A DNA stretch of 64,000 nucleotides from Candidatus Spyradenecus sp. (GTDB lineage Bacteria > Verrucomicrobiota > Kiritimatiellia > RFP12 > DVOR01), in the NCBI GenBank assembly GCA_045605345.1, contig JAZUPT010000013.1, forward strand, positions 802 to 64,801, given 5' to 3'. The stretch's first letter is position 1, and the number at the start of each line of letters is the position of its first letter. Position numbers and translations under genes: made by a program. Below, one piece after another: positions 16,938 through 24,927 of the stretch. The notes below the pieces were generated by a model. It did no database searches. It saw nothing but the letters and a program-made list of their open reading frames with translations, and was not told the DNA's origin.

Positions 16938-18869
16938 TTATTTCACCATGTTATTGCGACGGGCATACTCGAAGATGCCCCCTGCGGCAATAACAGGCGC
17001 CACGGCATCAGCTGCAGAGAGGGTGAAGACTGCACCATCGGATGTACGCGTCAAGGTGCCCTTGGCGAGGTCAAGCGTGGCTTCATCGCCCGTCTTGAAG
17101 GCGTCCTGGAGGGAAACAGGCGTTTCCAAGGGGAAGACTTCACCTGTTGCCACCGCATTACGGAAGTAGATGCGTGCATAGCTCTCTGCCACGACCGCTT
17201 TGCAACCCGCTGCACCAATCGCGATTGGTGCGTGTTCACGGGAGGAGCCGCATCCGAAGTTCTTGCCTGCGATGATGATGGCGTAGGGGGTGGTGCCGTC
17301 AGGGTTGGAGGAGAAGATCGGGTAGCTGTCGGGGAGACCTGCGAGCGCATGGGAGCCGAGCTTGCGGTATTCTTCCGGAATGGTCGGCACGAGATTGAGA
17401 TACATGGTCGGGATAATCAAGTCGGTGTCGATGTTGTCACCGAGCACATAGACCTTACCTGTCACGGCGAAGTCGGAGACGGGTTCGTCAGGACGTGCCG
17501 CCGTCTGCTTTTCAGGATTGCCATCAGCCTTTGTTGGCGGGACGCGTTCCAATGCATCATTGCCAGGAATGCCGAGGATAGCCCACGGGCTTTCAATGTG
17601 GCCCGCGATTGCCGTTGCGGCCGCGGTGGCAGGGGAGGCGAGGTAAATCTGCGAGTCCTTGGAGCCCATGCGGCCGATGAAGTTGCGGTTGGTCGTGGAG
17701 ACAACGACTTCATTGCCCTTCGTGCGAGCGTAAGTATCCACAGGGCCACCGAGGCAAACGCCGCAACTCGGACGCTGGATGGGTTCGCAGCCAGCATTGA
17801 CAAAGATTTGTTCAAGGGTTTCACCATCGATGGTGAGCGTGGTCAAAGCGCGCATGACTTCGCAGGTCGCGGGGACGAGACACGTGCGAATTTTGACCTT
17901 TTGACCCTTTAAGACCTTTGCGGCCCAGAGGAAGTCTTCGGTCTTACCGCCCGTGCAGGAGCCGATGTAGACTTGGTCAACGGCGATGTCGCGGCAGTCT
18001 GCCGCAGCAGCGTAGTTGCCCGGCAGGTGGGGCTTTGCTACGCAGGGGACGAAGGTGGAGACGTCATAGGTGTAGGTGGCGAGCACAGGGGCGTCCGGAT
18101 CGCCTTCAATGACTTCAATATTCTGCTCGCCAGAGTGTTCACGCACATAAGCAAGCGCTTTTTCATCCGGCGGCATGATGCCGCTCTTGGCACCCGCTTC
18201 AATCGCCATATTGCAGATGGTCATGCGCTCTTCAATGCTCATTGCGGTAACCGCTTCGCCGCGGAATTCCATCGCGCAGTAGGTCGCGCCATCCACGCCG
18301 ATATCACCGATGATACGCAGAATCACATCCTTCGCCGTAACGTAAGGGGGCAACTTGCCATTCAGGATGAAGCGCAGGGTGTGCGGCACCTTGACTAAGA
18401 GCTTACCCGTGCCCATGACGAAGCCAGCGTCGGTATTGCCAATGCCAGTGGCAAATGCGCCGAGTGCGCCGTGGGTGCACGTATGGGAGTCGGTGCCGAA
18501 GATGACCTGACCAGGCTTGACATGGCCCTTTTCGGGAAGCCCCACATGGCAGACGCCAACGTAGCTCGGCGTGCCAGGATCATAGAAGTGCGGAAGACCT
18601 TGTTCTTTCACGAACTGACGTTCAATGTCAATGTTGCGGTGGGCCTTTTCATCCTTGGTGTGGATGTAGTGGTCGGGCATAATGACAATGCCTTCCTTTG
18701 AGAAGACCTTGGCATCTTGGCCAAATTCGCGATGAAAAACGCCGATGGTGCCCGGACCACAAACGTCATGCGTTAAGAGAATGTCTGCATTGACCCAAAT
18801 GGATTCACCGGGCACAACTTTTTCTTTGCCGGCTGCACGAGCGAGAATTTTTTCAGTAATCGTCATCAT
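16938..18869 (-). CDS. fused aconitase-family dehydratase (LeuC/HacA-like large domain + LeuD/HacB-like small domain)
   Basis: The N-terminal ~420 aa begin MMTITEKILARAAGK and carry GTDSHT and GSCTGG blocks. A Pro/Asp-rich linker (PPTKADGNPEKQTAARPDEP) follows. The C-terminal ~165 aa carry GKVYVLGDNIDTDLIIP and GKNFGCGSSREHAP. Confidence 0.8.
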   Translation of the reverse strand: MMTITEKILARAAGKEKVVPGESIWVNADILLTHDVCGPGTIGVFHREFGQDAKVFSKEGIVIMPDHYIHTKDEKAHRNIDIERQFVKEQGLPHFYDPGTPSYVGVCHVGLPEKGHVKPGQVIFGTDSHTCTHGALGAFATGIGNTDAGFVMGTGKLLVKVPHTLRFILNGKLPPYVTAKDVILRIIGDIGVDGATYCAMEFRGEAVTAMSIEERMTICNMAIEAGAKSGIMPPDEKALAYVREHSGEQNIEVIEGDPDAPVLATYTYDVSTFVPCVAKPHLPGNYAAAADCRDIAVDQVYIGSCTGGKTEDFLWAAKVLKGQKVKIRTCLVPATCEVMRALTTLTIDGETLEQIFVNAGCEPIQRPSCGVCLGGPVDTYARTKGNEVVVSTTNRNFIGRMGSKDSQIYLASPATAAATAIAGHIESPWAILGIPGNDALERVPPTKADGNPEKQTAARPDEPVSDFAVTGKVYVLGDNIDTDLIIPTMYLNLVPTIPEEYRKLGSHALAGLPDSYPIFSSNPDGTTPYAIIIAGKNFGCGSSREHAPIAIGAAGCKAVVAESYARIYFRNAVATGEVFPLETPVSLQDAFKTGDEATLDLAKGTLTRTSDGAVFTLSAADAVAPVIAAGGIFEYARRNNMVK

Positions 18870-18959
18870 AATTGTAGGGATTTAATTAGGAAATAAAAGA
18901 GTCTGTGTTTACACCAACGGCCCCACCCAAAGGTGGCGCCGCTGAAGTTGGAGAAAAGA

Positions 18960-20357
18960 TTAGTTCTGACGGGACGTATGCAGACGCTGCATACGTTCGC
19001 CCACATCCATAAAGCCGATATCTGCAGCATAGACGTCTTTGTAGTAGTCCAATGCCTTTTCGATATCGCCCGCTTCTTCTGCAATGACACCCAACGTATA
19101 GACTACGCGCTTCTTGAGGTCGTCCATCACATTGAGCTGGCTCTTCGCCGCATCCAGCTGCATCACTGCCAAATCGCCCTGGCCCTTTTCCTTGAAGCAG
19201 CAAGCGAGGTAGTAGAGTGCTTCCAAGCGGTGCTTCGGGCTCTTCTGGGCCAACTGGAATTGTTGCATGGCTTCATCATAGTACTCATTGTCGTAGTACA
19301 TGATGCCGAGGTCATAACGCAAGCCGAGGTCGTTCGGGTAGCTTTCCACACGACGGCAGAGGTCATCAAAGGCGAACTGTGCCTTTTCAACTTCCATGTT
19401 GTAAGCGTCATCTTCCTGACCTGCCGCACGGAGCGCTTCAATCTTCGCTTCGTAAGACTTAATCTTCGTGTCGGACCAGTTGCGGTCAAGTTCAGGGTCA
19501 GAAGGGTTCACTTGGCGTGCCGCATCCAAGGTCTCCAAAGCTTCATCAAAGCGCTTGTTCTGGAGGTAGATACGAGCGAGTGCGCGGTAGTAGTTGATGT
19601 TCTTCGGTTCCTTCGCGATCTTTTCCTTCGCGTCGGCGATTGCGGATTCAGCGTCATCACCGGTCACGATTGCCTTTGCATCGCGGTCAAGCTTTGCGGC
19701 GAGCTCCTTGTCGCGAATCAATGCCTGGAAGCCACCCTTCTTACCTGCGTTTTCTTCCCAACCGCCAGCAGCCATGGTGTTCTTTGCCATTGCGTCCTTC
19801 AACTTGCGCTGAATGTTGAGGTCAGAGGGAGCCTTTGCAGAGGCATTGCGATAGCATTCGCAAGCGCGGTCATAGACGCCCGTCTGCATATAGGTGTCGC
19901 CCAAGCGGAGCATCAGATTCATATCATCCGGGCAAGCTGCGGCCAAGGTTTCCATCGCCGAAAGCAAGGCTTCGGGATGGTTTGTGCGCTGTGCCACGTC
20001 AAAGTAAAATTCGTTGAGCTTGGCAGAGATTGGGTTCACGTCCATAATCTCTTCGGCCATTGCCATCGCTTCTTCAAGCTTGTTCTGCTTGATCAACTTC
20101 TGGACGTTGCCCATCTTCATCTGCGCGGAGAGTTCCGCCATCTTCAAGCCGAGCCCGCCCTTATTTTCATTGCGGAAAATGCGAATGCGCACTTCATGGA
20201 ACTGACGACGCGCACCTTCGTCATGCGGCGCCAAGGTTAAGGCCTGACGGCAAAGGGTCAGGGCAATATCCAAGCTACCGCGTTCTGCGGCCTTCTTCGC
20301 TTTGTCCAAAAATTGTTGAGCTTTCAGCTTGCGTTGCAAATCGGCCATGCTTGCCAT
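18960..20357 (-). CDS. TPR repeat protein
   Basis: Repeated A..Y..(A/L)..P helices throughout. GGAGAGG lies 9 nt before ATG 20357 (MASMADLQ); the track start at 20375 is a non-ATG codon inside the SD region. Confidence 0.7.
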   Translation of the reverse strand: MASMADLQRKLKAQQFLDKAKKAAERGSLDIALTLCRQALTLAPHDEGARRQFHEVRIRIFRNENKGGLGLKMAELSAQMKMGNVQKLIKQNKLEEAMAMAEEIMDVNPISAKLNEFYFDVAQRTNHPEALLSAMETLAAACPDDMNLMLRLGDTYMQTGVYDRACECYRNASAKAPSDLNIQRKLKDAMAKNTMAAGGWEENAGKKGGFQALIRDKELAAKLDRDAKAIVTGDDAESAIADAKEKIAKEPKNINYYRALARIYLQNKRFDEALETLDAARQVNPSDPELDRNWSDTKIKSYEAKIEALRAAGQEDDAYNMEVEKAQFAFDDLCRRVESYPNDLGLRYDLGIMYYDNEYYDEAMQQFQLAQKSPKHRLEALYYLACCFKEKGQGDLAVMQLDAAKSQLNVMDDLKKRVVYTLGVIAEEAGDIEKALDYYKDVYAADIGFMDVGERMQRLHTSRQN

Positions 20358-20518
20358 AATACGAATCCTCTCCAAAAGGTGTAACTGTTTTCTATAAGGA
20401 TAGCGAAAACCTCTCCAAAAATCAAGTAAAACCTTAGCAAATGATAGGGATACTACGCGCCTCTTGGTGCGCTACTCATGCTCGGGTATCTCGGTGAGGC
20501 ATCTTGAGCGGATAGATG

Positions 20519-20598
20519 AGACGGGCTACGGCCCGTCTATCAGATAGGGTGCTGATAGATTACTTCCTCTCCTTGCCCCCTGCCGCGGTGGGCAGGGG
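20519..20598 (+). other. two strong GC stem-loops in a divergent intergenic region (candidate structured RNA)
   Basis: AGACGGGC-tacg-GCCCGTCT (20519-20538, 8-bp stem, UACG loop on the + strand) and CCCCTGCC-gcggtg-GGCAGGGG (20577-20598). Neither can be a terminator of the flanking genes, which diverge from this spacer. Confidence 0.4.
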
Positions 20599-20842
20599 CT
20601 ACGATAAAGGAGGAGCTTCGCAGAGGGTAGGGCGGCGTCGCCCCCACGTCTCTCTTGTCTTCTAATCACCCGCTATCCAGTGTGGTACCAAACGACGGGG
20701 ATGCTGCGCTCCCCGTACCCCTCGCACCCTTGCCTTTCTTCCTCTCTTTTCTCTCTTCAAAATCCCTTTAAAATCCCTTACGCAGGTGTGTCACTTTTTT
20801 GAAATTTTTAGCGAATTTTCGCCTGTTGAAAACTTTTTTGAG

Positions 20843-20862
20843 TTATCAACAAGTTATCAACA
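20843..20862 (+). promoter_or_regulatory. tandem DnaA-box-like 9-mers TTATCAACA-ag-TTATCAACA (third copy at 21050-21058)
   Basis: Each 9-mer differs from the TTATCCACA consensus at one position. The same doublet plus singleton is present in copy 2 (37347-37366, 37554-37562). Confidence 0.3.
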
Positions 20863-21098
20863 ATACACGTTTTTTGACGCAGTTTTGGGAAAATTTTCTG
20901 GTGAAGCGATGGGTTTTCGGCGCTTTTGCTCGACTTTATTAGAAATGCATAACACATTGAAAAAGAAAGAGATAATGTTAAAACTGGGCGAAATTAACTC
21001 CGCTACAGTCGCTTCCTTGCGAAAAAAAGGGCATCAGGGGGAGGGAAAGTTATCAACAATTTGCCCGTTTTTTAGGGAAGTCTAAAGAAAATCTGGGT

Positions 21099-21160
21099 CA
21101 ATATGGGCGAAACTGAGTCGCAATATGGGCGAAATTGGGTACCCAAAAGAGGCGAAATTG
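21099..21160 (+). repeat. 22-bp periodic iterons CAATATGGGCGAAAYTG (2 full + 1 partial)
   Basis: 21099-21115, 21121-21137 and partial AGGCGAAATTG 21150-21160. An extra GGGCGAAATT lies near 20985. Confidence 0.6.
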
Positions 21161-21182
21161 CGACTCAATTTCGCCTCTTTTC
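21145..21182. terminator. terminator-like hairpin formed by the last iteron and its inverted copy
   Basis: aaaa-GAGGCGAAATT-gcgactc-AATTTCGCCTC-tttt; 11-bp stem flanked by an A-run and a T-run. Confidence 0.35.
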
Positions 21183-21257
21183 AAGACCAATTCTTGAACT
21201 CTTTTTGCCATATTTCTTCCGTCCTGTAAATGACAATTTGACATTTTTCAAAGAATT

Positions 21258-21289
21258 TGCTACACTAAAAGTGTGCGTGAGAGGAAGAG
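21258..21289 (+). promoter_or_regulatory. 32-nt conserved motif TGCTACACT-WWW-AGTGTGCGTRAGAGRAAGRG, copy a
   Basis: Also at 37761-37792 and 58989-59020. It contains an extended -10-like TGCTACACT and the palindrome ACACT-N3-AGTGT. Confidence 0.5.
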
Positions 21290-21402
21290 CGATTCTCTTT
21301 TAGAGAAGGTGTTTTTAGGGATATTACTTAGGATTTAACCTTTGTTAACTGAGGGGTGTGGGTGGTTTTTCGTTTGTGGGTGGTACATGAGTGGGGAAAG
21401 TT

Positions 21403-21411
21403 TGGTATACT
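21403..21411 (+). promoter_or_regulatory. extended -10 element TGGTATACT (tyrS proximal promoter)
   Basis: TTTGGTATACTTTGCGCG lies 43 nt before ATG 21454. It is nearly identical to the leuS upstream element GTGGTATACTTTCGCGG. Confidence 0.5.
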
Positions 21412-21453
21412 TTGCGCGTTTTTAGCTTTTAGTTTATTAAGGTTATACGTAAG

Positions 21454-22731
21454 ATGAAGTTTTTTGATTTTCTGAAGTCCCGTCATTTGGTGGATACTTG
21501 CACGTGCGATGAGGCGAAGATGGCGGAGTTGTTGGAGACGCCACAGACGGTTTATGTGGGGTTTGACCCAACGGCTTCGTGTTTGCAGGCGGGTAACTAT
21601 GTGGCGATTCAGACGTTGGCGCAATTCCAGCGTGCGGGTCACAAGGTGATTGCTTTGGTGGGTGGTGCTACGGGCATGATTGGCGATCCTTCGGGGCGTT
21701 CGACGGAACGTAACTTCCTCTCTGTGGAAGAGCTTCAGCGTAATGTTGAGGGGATTAAGGAAAACCTTTCTCGCTTTTTGGATTTCAATCATCCGACTAA
21801 TCCGGCAATTTTGTTGAATAACTACGATTGGTACAAGGATTATTCGGTGTTGCCCTTCTTGCGTGAAGTGGGGACGCTTTTCCGTATGAAGCCGATGTTG
21901 GCGAAGGATTCGGTGCAGAAGCGTTTGAATGCCGAGACGAATTCGATGACTTTCACGGAGTTCACCTACCAGATTCTCCAGGGGTATGACTTCTACTACT
22001 TGAATAAGCATTATGGGTGCACGATGCAGGTGGGCGGTGCGGACCAGTGGGGCAACATCACGGCGGGCACGGACTTGATTCATCGTTTGAATCCTGGTTC
22101 TGAATGCCATGGCTTGACGATTCCTTTGGTGTGCGATGCCAATGGCCAGAAGTTTGGCAAGTCTGCGGGTAATGCAATCTTCTTGAATGCGGATAAGACG
22201 AGCGTTTACGCATTCTATCAATTCTTCTTGCGCACGTTGGATGCCGATGCGATTCGTTACTTGCGCATCTTTACCTTCTTGGATGAAGCACGTATTGCTG
22301 AATTGGAAGCGTCGTTGAAGGAACATCCGGAATTGCGCGAACCGCAGAAGGTGTTGGCTGAAGAGCTGACGCGTGCGGTCCACGGTGAAGCGGGTCTTGA
22401 ATCTGCGCGTAAGGCCTCTGCGGTGCTCTTTGGCGGTTCGTTAGAGGGTCTTACGGCGGCGGATTTGGAAGGCATCGCCTCGGATGTGCCGTCTGCAGAA
22501 CTGGCAAAGGAAACCGTGGCAGCACAGTCCGTGATGGATGTGGTGACGGCGTGCGGTTTCGTGAAGAGCAAGAGCGAAGCGCGTCGTTTGATTCAGGGCG
22601 GTGGGCTTTCCATCAACAATATCAAGGTGACGGATGTGAATGCTACGGTCGCTGATGAACAGTTGATTGACGGCAAGGTGCTCTTGCTTCGCCAGGGGAA
22701 GAAGAATTACTTCCTCCTGCGCGTGAAGTAA
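21454..22731 (+). CDS. tyrS: tyrosine--tRNA ligase
   Basis: GFDPTASCLQAGN (HIGH region), KFGKSAGN (KMSKS) and a C-terminal S4 domain (SKSEARRLIQGGGLSINN). Confidence 0.95.
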   Translation: MKFFDFLKSRHLVDTCTCDEAKMAELLETPQTVYVGFDPTASCLQAGNYVAIQTLAQFQRAGHKVIALVGGATGMIGDPSGRSTERNFLSVEELQRNVEGIKENLSRFLDFNHPTNPAILLNNYDWYKDYSVLPFLREVGTLFRMKPMLAKDSVQKRLNAETNSMTFTEFTYQILQGYDFYYLNKHYGCTMQVGGADQWGNITAGTDLIHRLNPGSECHGLTIPLVCDANGQKFGKSAGNAIFLNADKTSVYAFYQFFLRTLDADAIRYLRIFTFLDEARIAELEASLKEHPELREPQKVLAEELTRAVHGEAGLESARKASAVLFGGSLEGLTAADLEGIASDVPSAELAKETVAAQSVMDVVTACGFVKSKSEARRLIQGGGLSINNIKVTDVNATVADEQLIDGKVLLLRQGKKNYFLLRVK

Positions 22732-22768
22732 TCTTTGCACATTGACGTCTCAATAGGCTGCTCCCGCT

Positions 22769-23173
22769 ATGCCCCTTTCTCCTGCAACAATTGAAGCGAT
22801 TGTCACTTTGATGACGCGCGCAGGACTCAAAGAGGAGGACCTGCGGGAGCAGTTTGTTTTAGGTTCGGGTTCGGGTGGCCAGAAGATCAACAAGACTTCA
22901 AGCGTCGTGCGATTGACTCATCTGCCCACGGGTGAAGCAGTGAAGATTCAGTCGAGCCGTTCACGCGAGGATAATCGTTGGCTCGCGCGGCGCGCATTGG
23001 CTGAAAGAATCCTTGAGATTCGTGATGGCGAGAAGTCAAAGCGTCGCCAGGAACAGGAGAAGATTCGTCGACAGAAACGGCGCAGGTCACGTCGTCAACG
23101 TGCGCGGATGTTGGATGATAAGTCACATCATGCGGAAAAGAAGGCAAATCGGCGTTGGCGTTCGGATGAATAA
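22769..23173 (+). CDS. arfB: alternative ribosome-rescue factor ArfB (peptidyl-tRNA hydrolase, RF-1 domain)
   Basis: 134 aa with GSGSGGQKINKTSSVVRLTHLPTG (GGQ motif) and a highly basic C-terminal tail (KRRQEQEKIRRQKRRRSRRQR). Confidence 0.75.
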   Translation: MPLSPATIEAIVTLMTRAGLKEEDLREQFVLGSGSGGQKINKTSSVVRLTHLPTGEAVKIQSSRSREDNRWLARRALAERILEIRDGEKSKRRQEQEKIRRQKRRRSRRQRARMLDDKSHHAEKKANRRWRSDE

Positions 23174-23201
23174 ACCGGAACTTGCTTCCGCATTTCTTCT
23201 A

Positions 23202-23243
23202 AACAGTTCGCGGCATCTCCTCAGAGGTGCCGCGAACTGTTTT
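23202..23243. terminator. bidirectional intrinsic terminator
   Basis: AACAGTTCGCGGCA-N12-TGCCGCGAACTGTT (14-bp stem) followed by TT, between convergent arfB and the ABC ATPase gene. Confidence 0.7.
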
Positions 23244-23309
23244 GGGGAAGTAGGGAGAGTCTTGCGCGAAGGGGGAGGTGGTTGTGTGGAGGAATTTCTT
23301 CAAAATCCC

Positions 23310-24056
23310 TCAATACGCCTCTGCGATATCGGGGACCGCGGCGAGGAGATTTTGGGTGTAGGGGTGCTGCGGATTGGCGAAGAGGGTTTTGGCATCGCCG
23401 CGTTCCACGATTTCACCTGCATTCATCACAATCAGACGATCACAGACGGTGCGCACTACGGCGAGGTCATGCGAGATGAGTAAAATCGTAAGGTTACGAC
23501 GTTGGCGCAATTCTGCTAAGAGGTTGAGGACACGTGCCTGCACGGAAACGTCCAATGCAGAGACGGGTTCGTCAGCGATAATCACGCGCGGATTCATGGC
23601 GAGGGCGCGGGCGATGGAGATGCGTTGGCACTGACCGCCAGAGAGTTCGCGCGGGTAGGCGAGCGCCACTTCGGCAGGGAGGCCAACCTCATCTAAGAGT
23701 GTGGCGATGCGTTCGGCGCGCGCTTCACGGGGGCAGAGATTGTAGACCGAGAGTACTTCGGCGAGGGTTTGGCCGATGGTCATGCGCGGATTGAGCGAAC
23801 CCACGGCATCTTGGAAGACCATCTGCACGGCGTGTTGCGGGACATCTTTAAAGGATGCAGAGCCCGAGGTGACGGGTAGAAGACCGCAGAGTGCCTTGGC
23901 GACGGTGCTCTTGCCGCAACCACTCTCGCCGACAATGCCGAAAAATTCATTTTCAAAGACATTGAATGACACCCCTTTGACGGCGCGGAAGGGGGGCTTG
24001 CCTGCGCGAGGGTAATCAATAATCAAATCGGAGACGGAGAGGATTTCGTTTTTCAT
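23310..24056 (-). CDS. ABC transporter ATP-binding protein (Dpp/Opp F-type), no adjacent permease
   Basis: Walker A GESGCGKST, signature LSGGQCQRISIARAL, Walker B VIIADEP and the C-terminal PQHPYTQNLL typical of oligopeptide-type ATPases. Confidence 0.8.
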   Translation of the reverse strand: MKNEILSVSDLIIDYPRAGKPPFRAVKGVSFNVFENEFFGIVGESGCGKSTVAKALCGLLPVTSGSASFKDVPQHAVQMVFQDAVGSLNPRMTIGQTLAEVLSVYNLCPREARAERIATLLDEVGLPAEVALAYPRELSGGQCQRISIARALAMNPRVIIADEPVSALDVSVQARVLNLLAELRQRRNLTILLISHDLAVVRTVCDRLIVMNAGEIVERGDAKTLFANPQHPYTQNLLAAVPDIAEAY

Positions 24057-24108
24057 GGTGCGATAGGGGGTGAAACGTGGGGGCGAGTCGCGAATTGAAA
24101 GGGGATGT

Positions 24109-24897
24109 TTAGTGTCGAGGTCGGGCGGAATGTGCTTCCAATGAGTAGGTAATTGATTGGATTAATTCGCCAGGACCATTACGGAAACGAGCTCGGCGCA
24201 ACATCTTGGCCGCCTCGTCATCCAGGACTTTGTAGCCACTGCTCTGGATAACCTCTGCCGAGTCAAGGCGTCCATTCGCTGTGATTCGGAGGCGAAGGGT
24301 GACGGTGCCTTCCCAACCATTTCGTCGCGCCACTGCGGGATAGGACTTGCGGAGGGCGGAGAGGTCGGTGAGGAGTTCGGGTTGTTGCACGCGAGCCGTG
24401 GCGCCAGTGGCCTGTTGGGGCGTTTCCTTGGGAGTGGTCGGGGGCGGCGCCTGTAAGGGAGGAAGGGTGATGGCGGGCAAGTCTTCGGGTTGTTCTGGGA
24501 GCGCAGGCAAGGGGATTTCTGGCATTGGAAAGCCGCTGATTTCGGGCATTGGCATCTCCGGCGGGGGCGGCGCTTCAGGTAAGGTAATCGCAGACTCGGT
24601 GTCGGTCAAGTAGGGGGCAATGTCTGGCGTGGGGGCTTGTTGGGCCGCGGCGAGCTCGGGGGTGACGGCTTCGGTGCTCGTTTCGCTTTCCACTTCGGCA
24701 AGGGTCAACTCCAACGTCTCCACAATGAGCTCTGGCGCGGCGGAGGAGGGGCGCGGCGCGTAGAGCAGGTTGAGGACCCATGCAATGCAGAGGAGGTGGA
24801 GGAGGATGCCGAGGCCCAACCACACAATTTCCTTGACGCTGGCATAACACCATCGTAAGGCAAGCTTTGTTAGAGAAGTTGGGGTGGAGAGCGCCAT
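24109..24897 (-). CDS. tonB: TonB family energy transducer
   Basis: N-terminal TM anchor, Pro-rich spacer (PEAPPPPEMPMPEI...) and a C-terminal TonB domain YPAVARRNGWEGTVTLRLRITANGRL. Confidence 0.75.
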   Translation of the reverse strand: MALSTPTSLTKLALRWCYASVKEIVWLGLGILLHLLCIAWVLNLLYAPRPSSAAPELIVETLELTLAEVESETSTEAVTPELAAAQQAPTPDIAPYLTDTESAITLPEAPPPPEMPMPEISGFPMPEIPLPALPEQPEDLPAITLPPLQAPPPTTPKETPQQATGATARVQQPELLTDLSALRKSYPAVARRNGWEGTVTLRLRITANGRLDSAEVIQSSGYKVLDDEAAKMLRRARFRNGPGELIQSITYSLEAHSARPRH

Positions 24898-24927
24898 TGG
24901 AGGAGAGGGGAATTTATGGGGGAGACG

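Larger units (their letters stand above)
20630..21290 (+). repeat. dispersed non-coding repeat, copy 1 (partner at 37219-37792)
   Basis: Colinear with copy 2. Shared parts are the GC hairpin GGGCGGCGTCGCCCCCACGTC, a near-identical ~115-nt block (CTTCAAAATCCC...TTATCAACAAGTTATCAACAATACACGTTTTT), AACTCCGCTACAG.GGCTTCCTTGCGAAAA, a third TTATCAACA, a CAATATGGGCGAAAYTG iteron array and the terminal 32-nt TGCTACACT... motif. Short ORFs inside are in different frames in the two copies. Confidence 0.85.

Noticed and set aside
18933-20240. 435-codon + strand ORF
   Set aside because: It is entirely antisense to the TPR protein gene (18960-20357). The translation is low-complexity (runs of L/V/R/H/F) with no motifs, which is a typical shadow ORF of a GC-biased gene.
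20676-20700. T-box-like sequence CCAGTGTGGTACCAAACGACGGGG upstream of tyrS
   Set aside because: It only partially resembles the T-box core (AGGGTGGTACCGCG). It lies ~770 nt from the tyrS start and is separated from it by two promoter-like elements and a terminator-like hairpin. No specifier-loop or antiterminator architecture is evident.
20786-21085. 99-codon ORF in repeat copy 1 (and 88-codon ORF 37180-37446 in copy 2)
   Set aside because: The two repeat copies are colinear at the DNA level, but the ORFs are in different frames and cover different segments. The conservation is therefore not protein-coding.
20630-21290. Calling the DnaA-box/iteron repeat the chromosomal origin (oriC)
   Set aside because: No dnaA or dnaN is nearby, there is no switch of gene orientation around either copy, and the element is present twice 16.6 kb apart. 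The 9-mers also carry a mismatch to the consensus. I kept it as a hypothesis in the findings, not as a feature call.
21328-22383. 351-codon minus-strand ORF
   Set aside because: It is antisense to tyrS, whose identity is unambiguous. The product is R/Q/H/L-rich with no recognisable domain.
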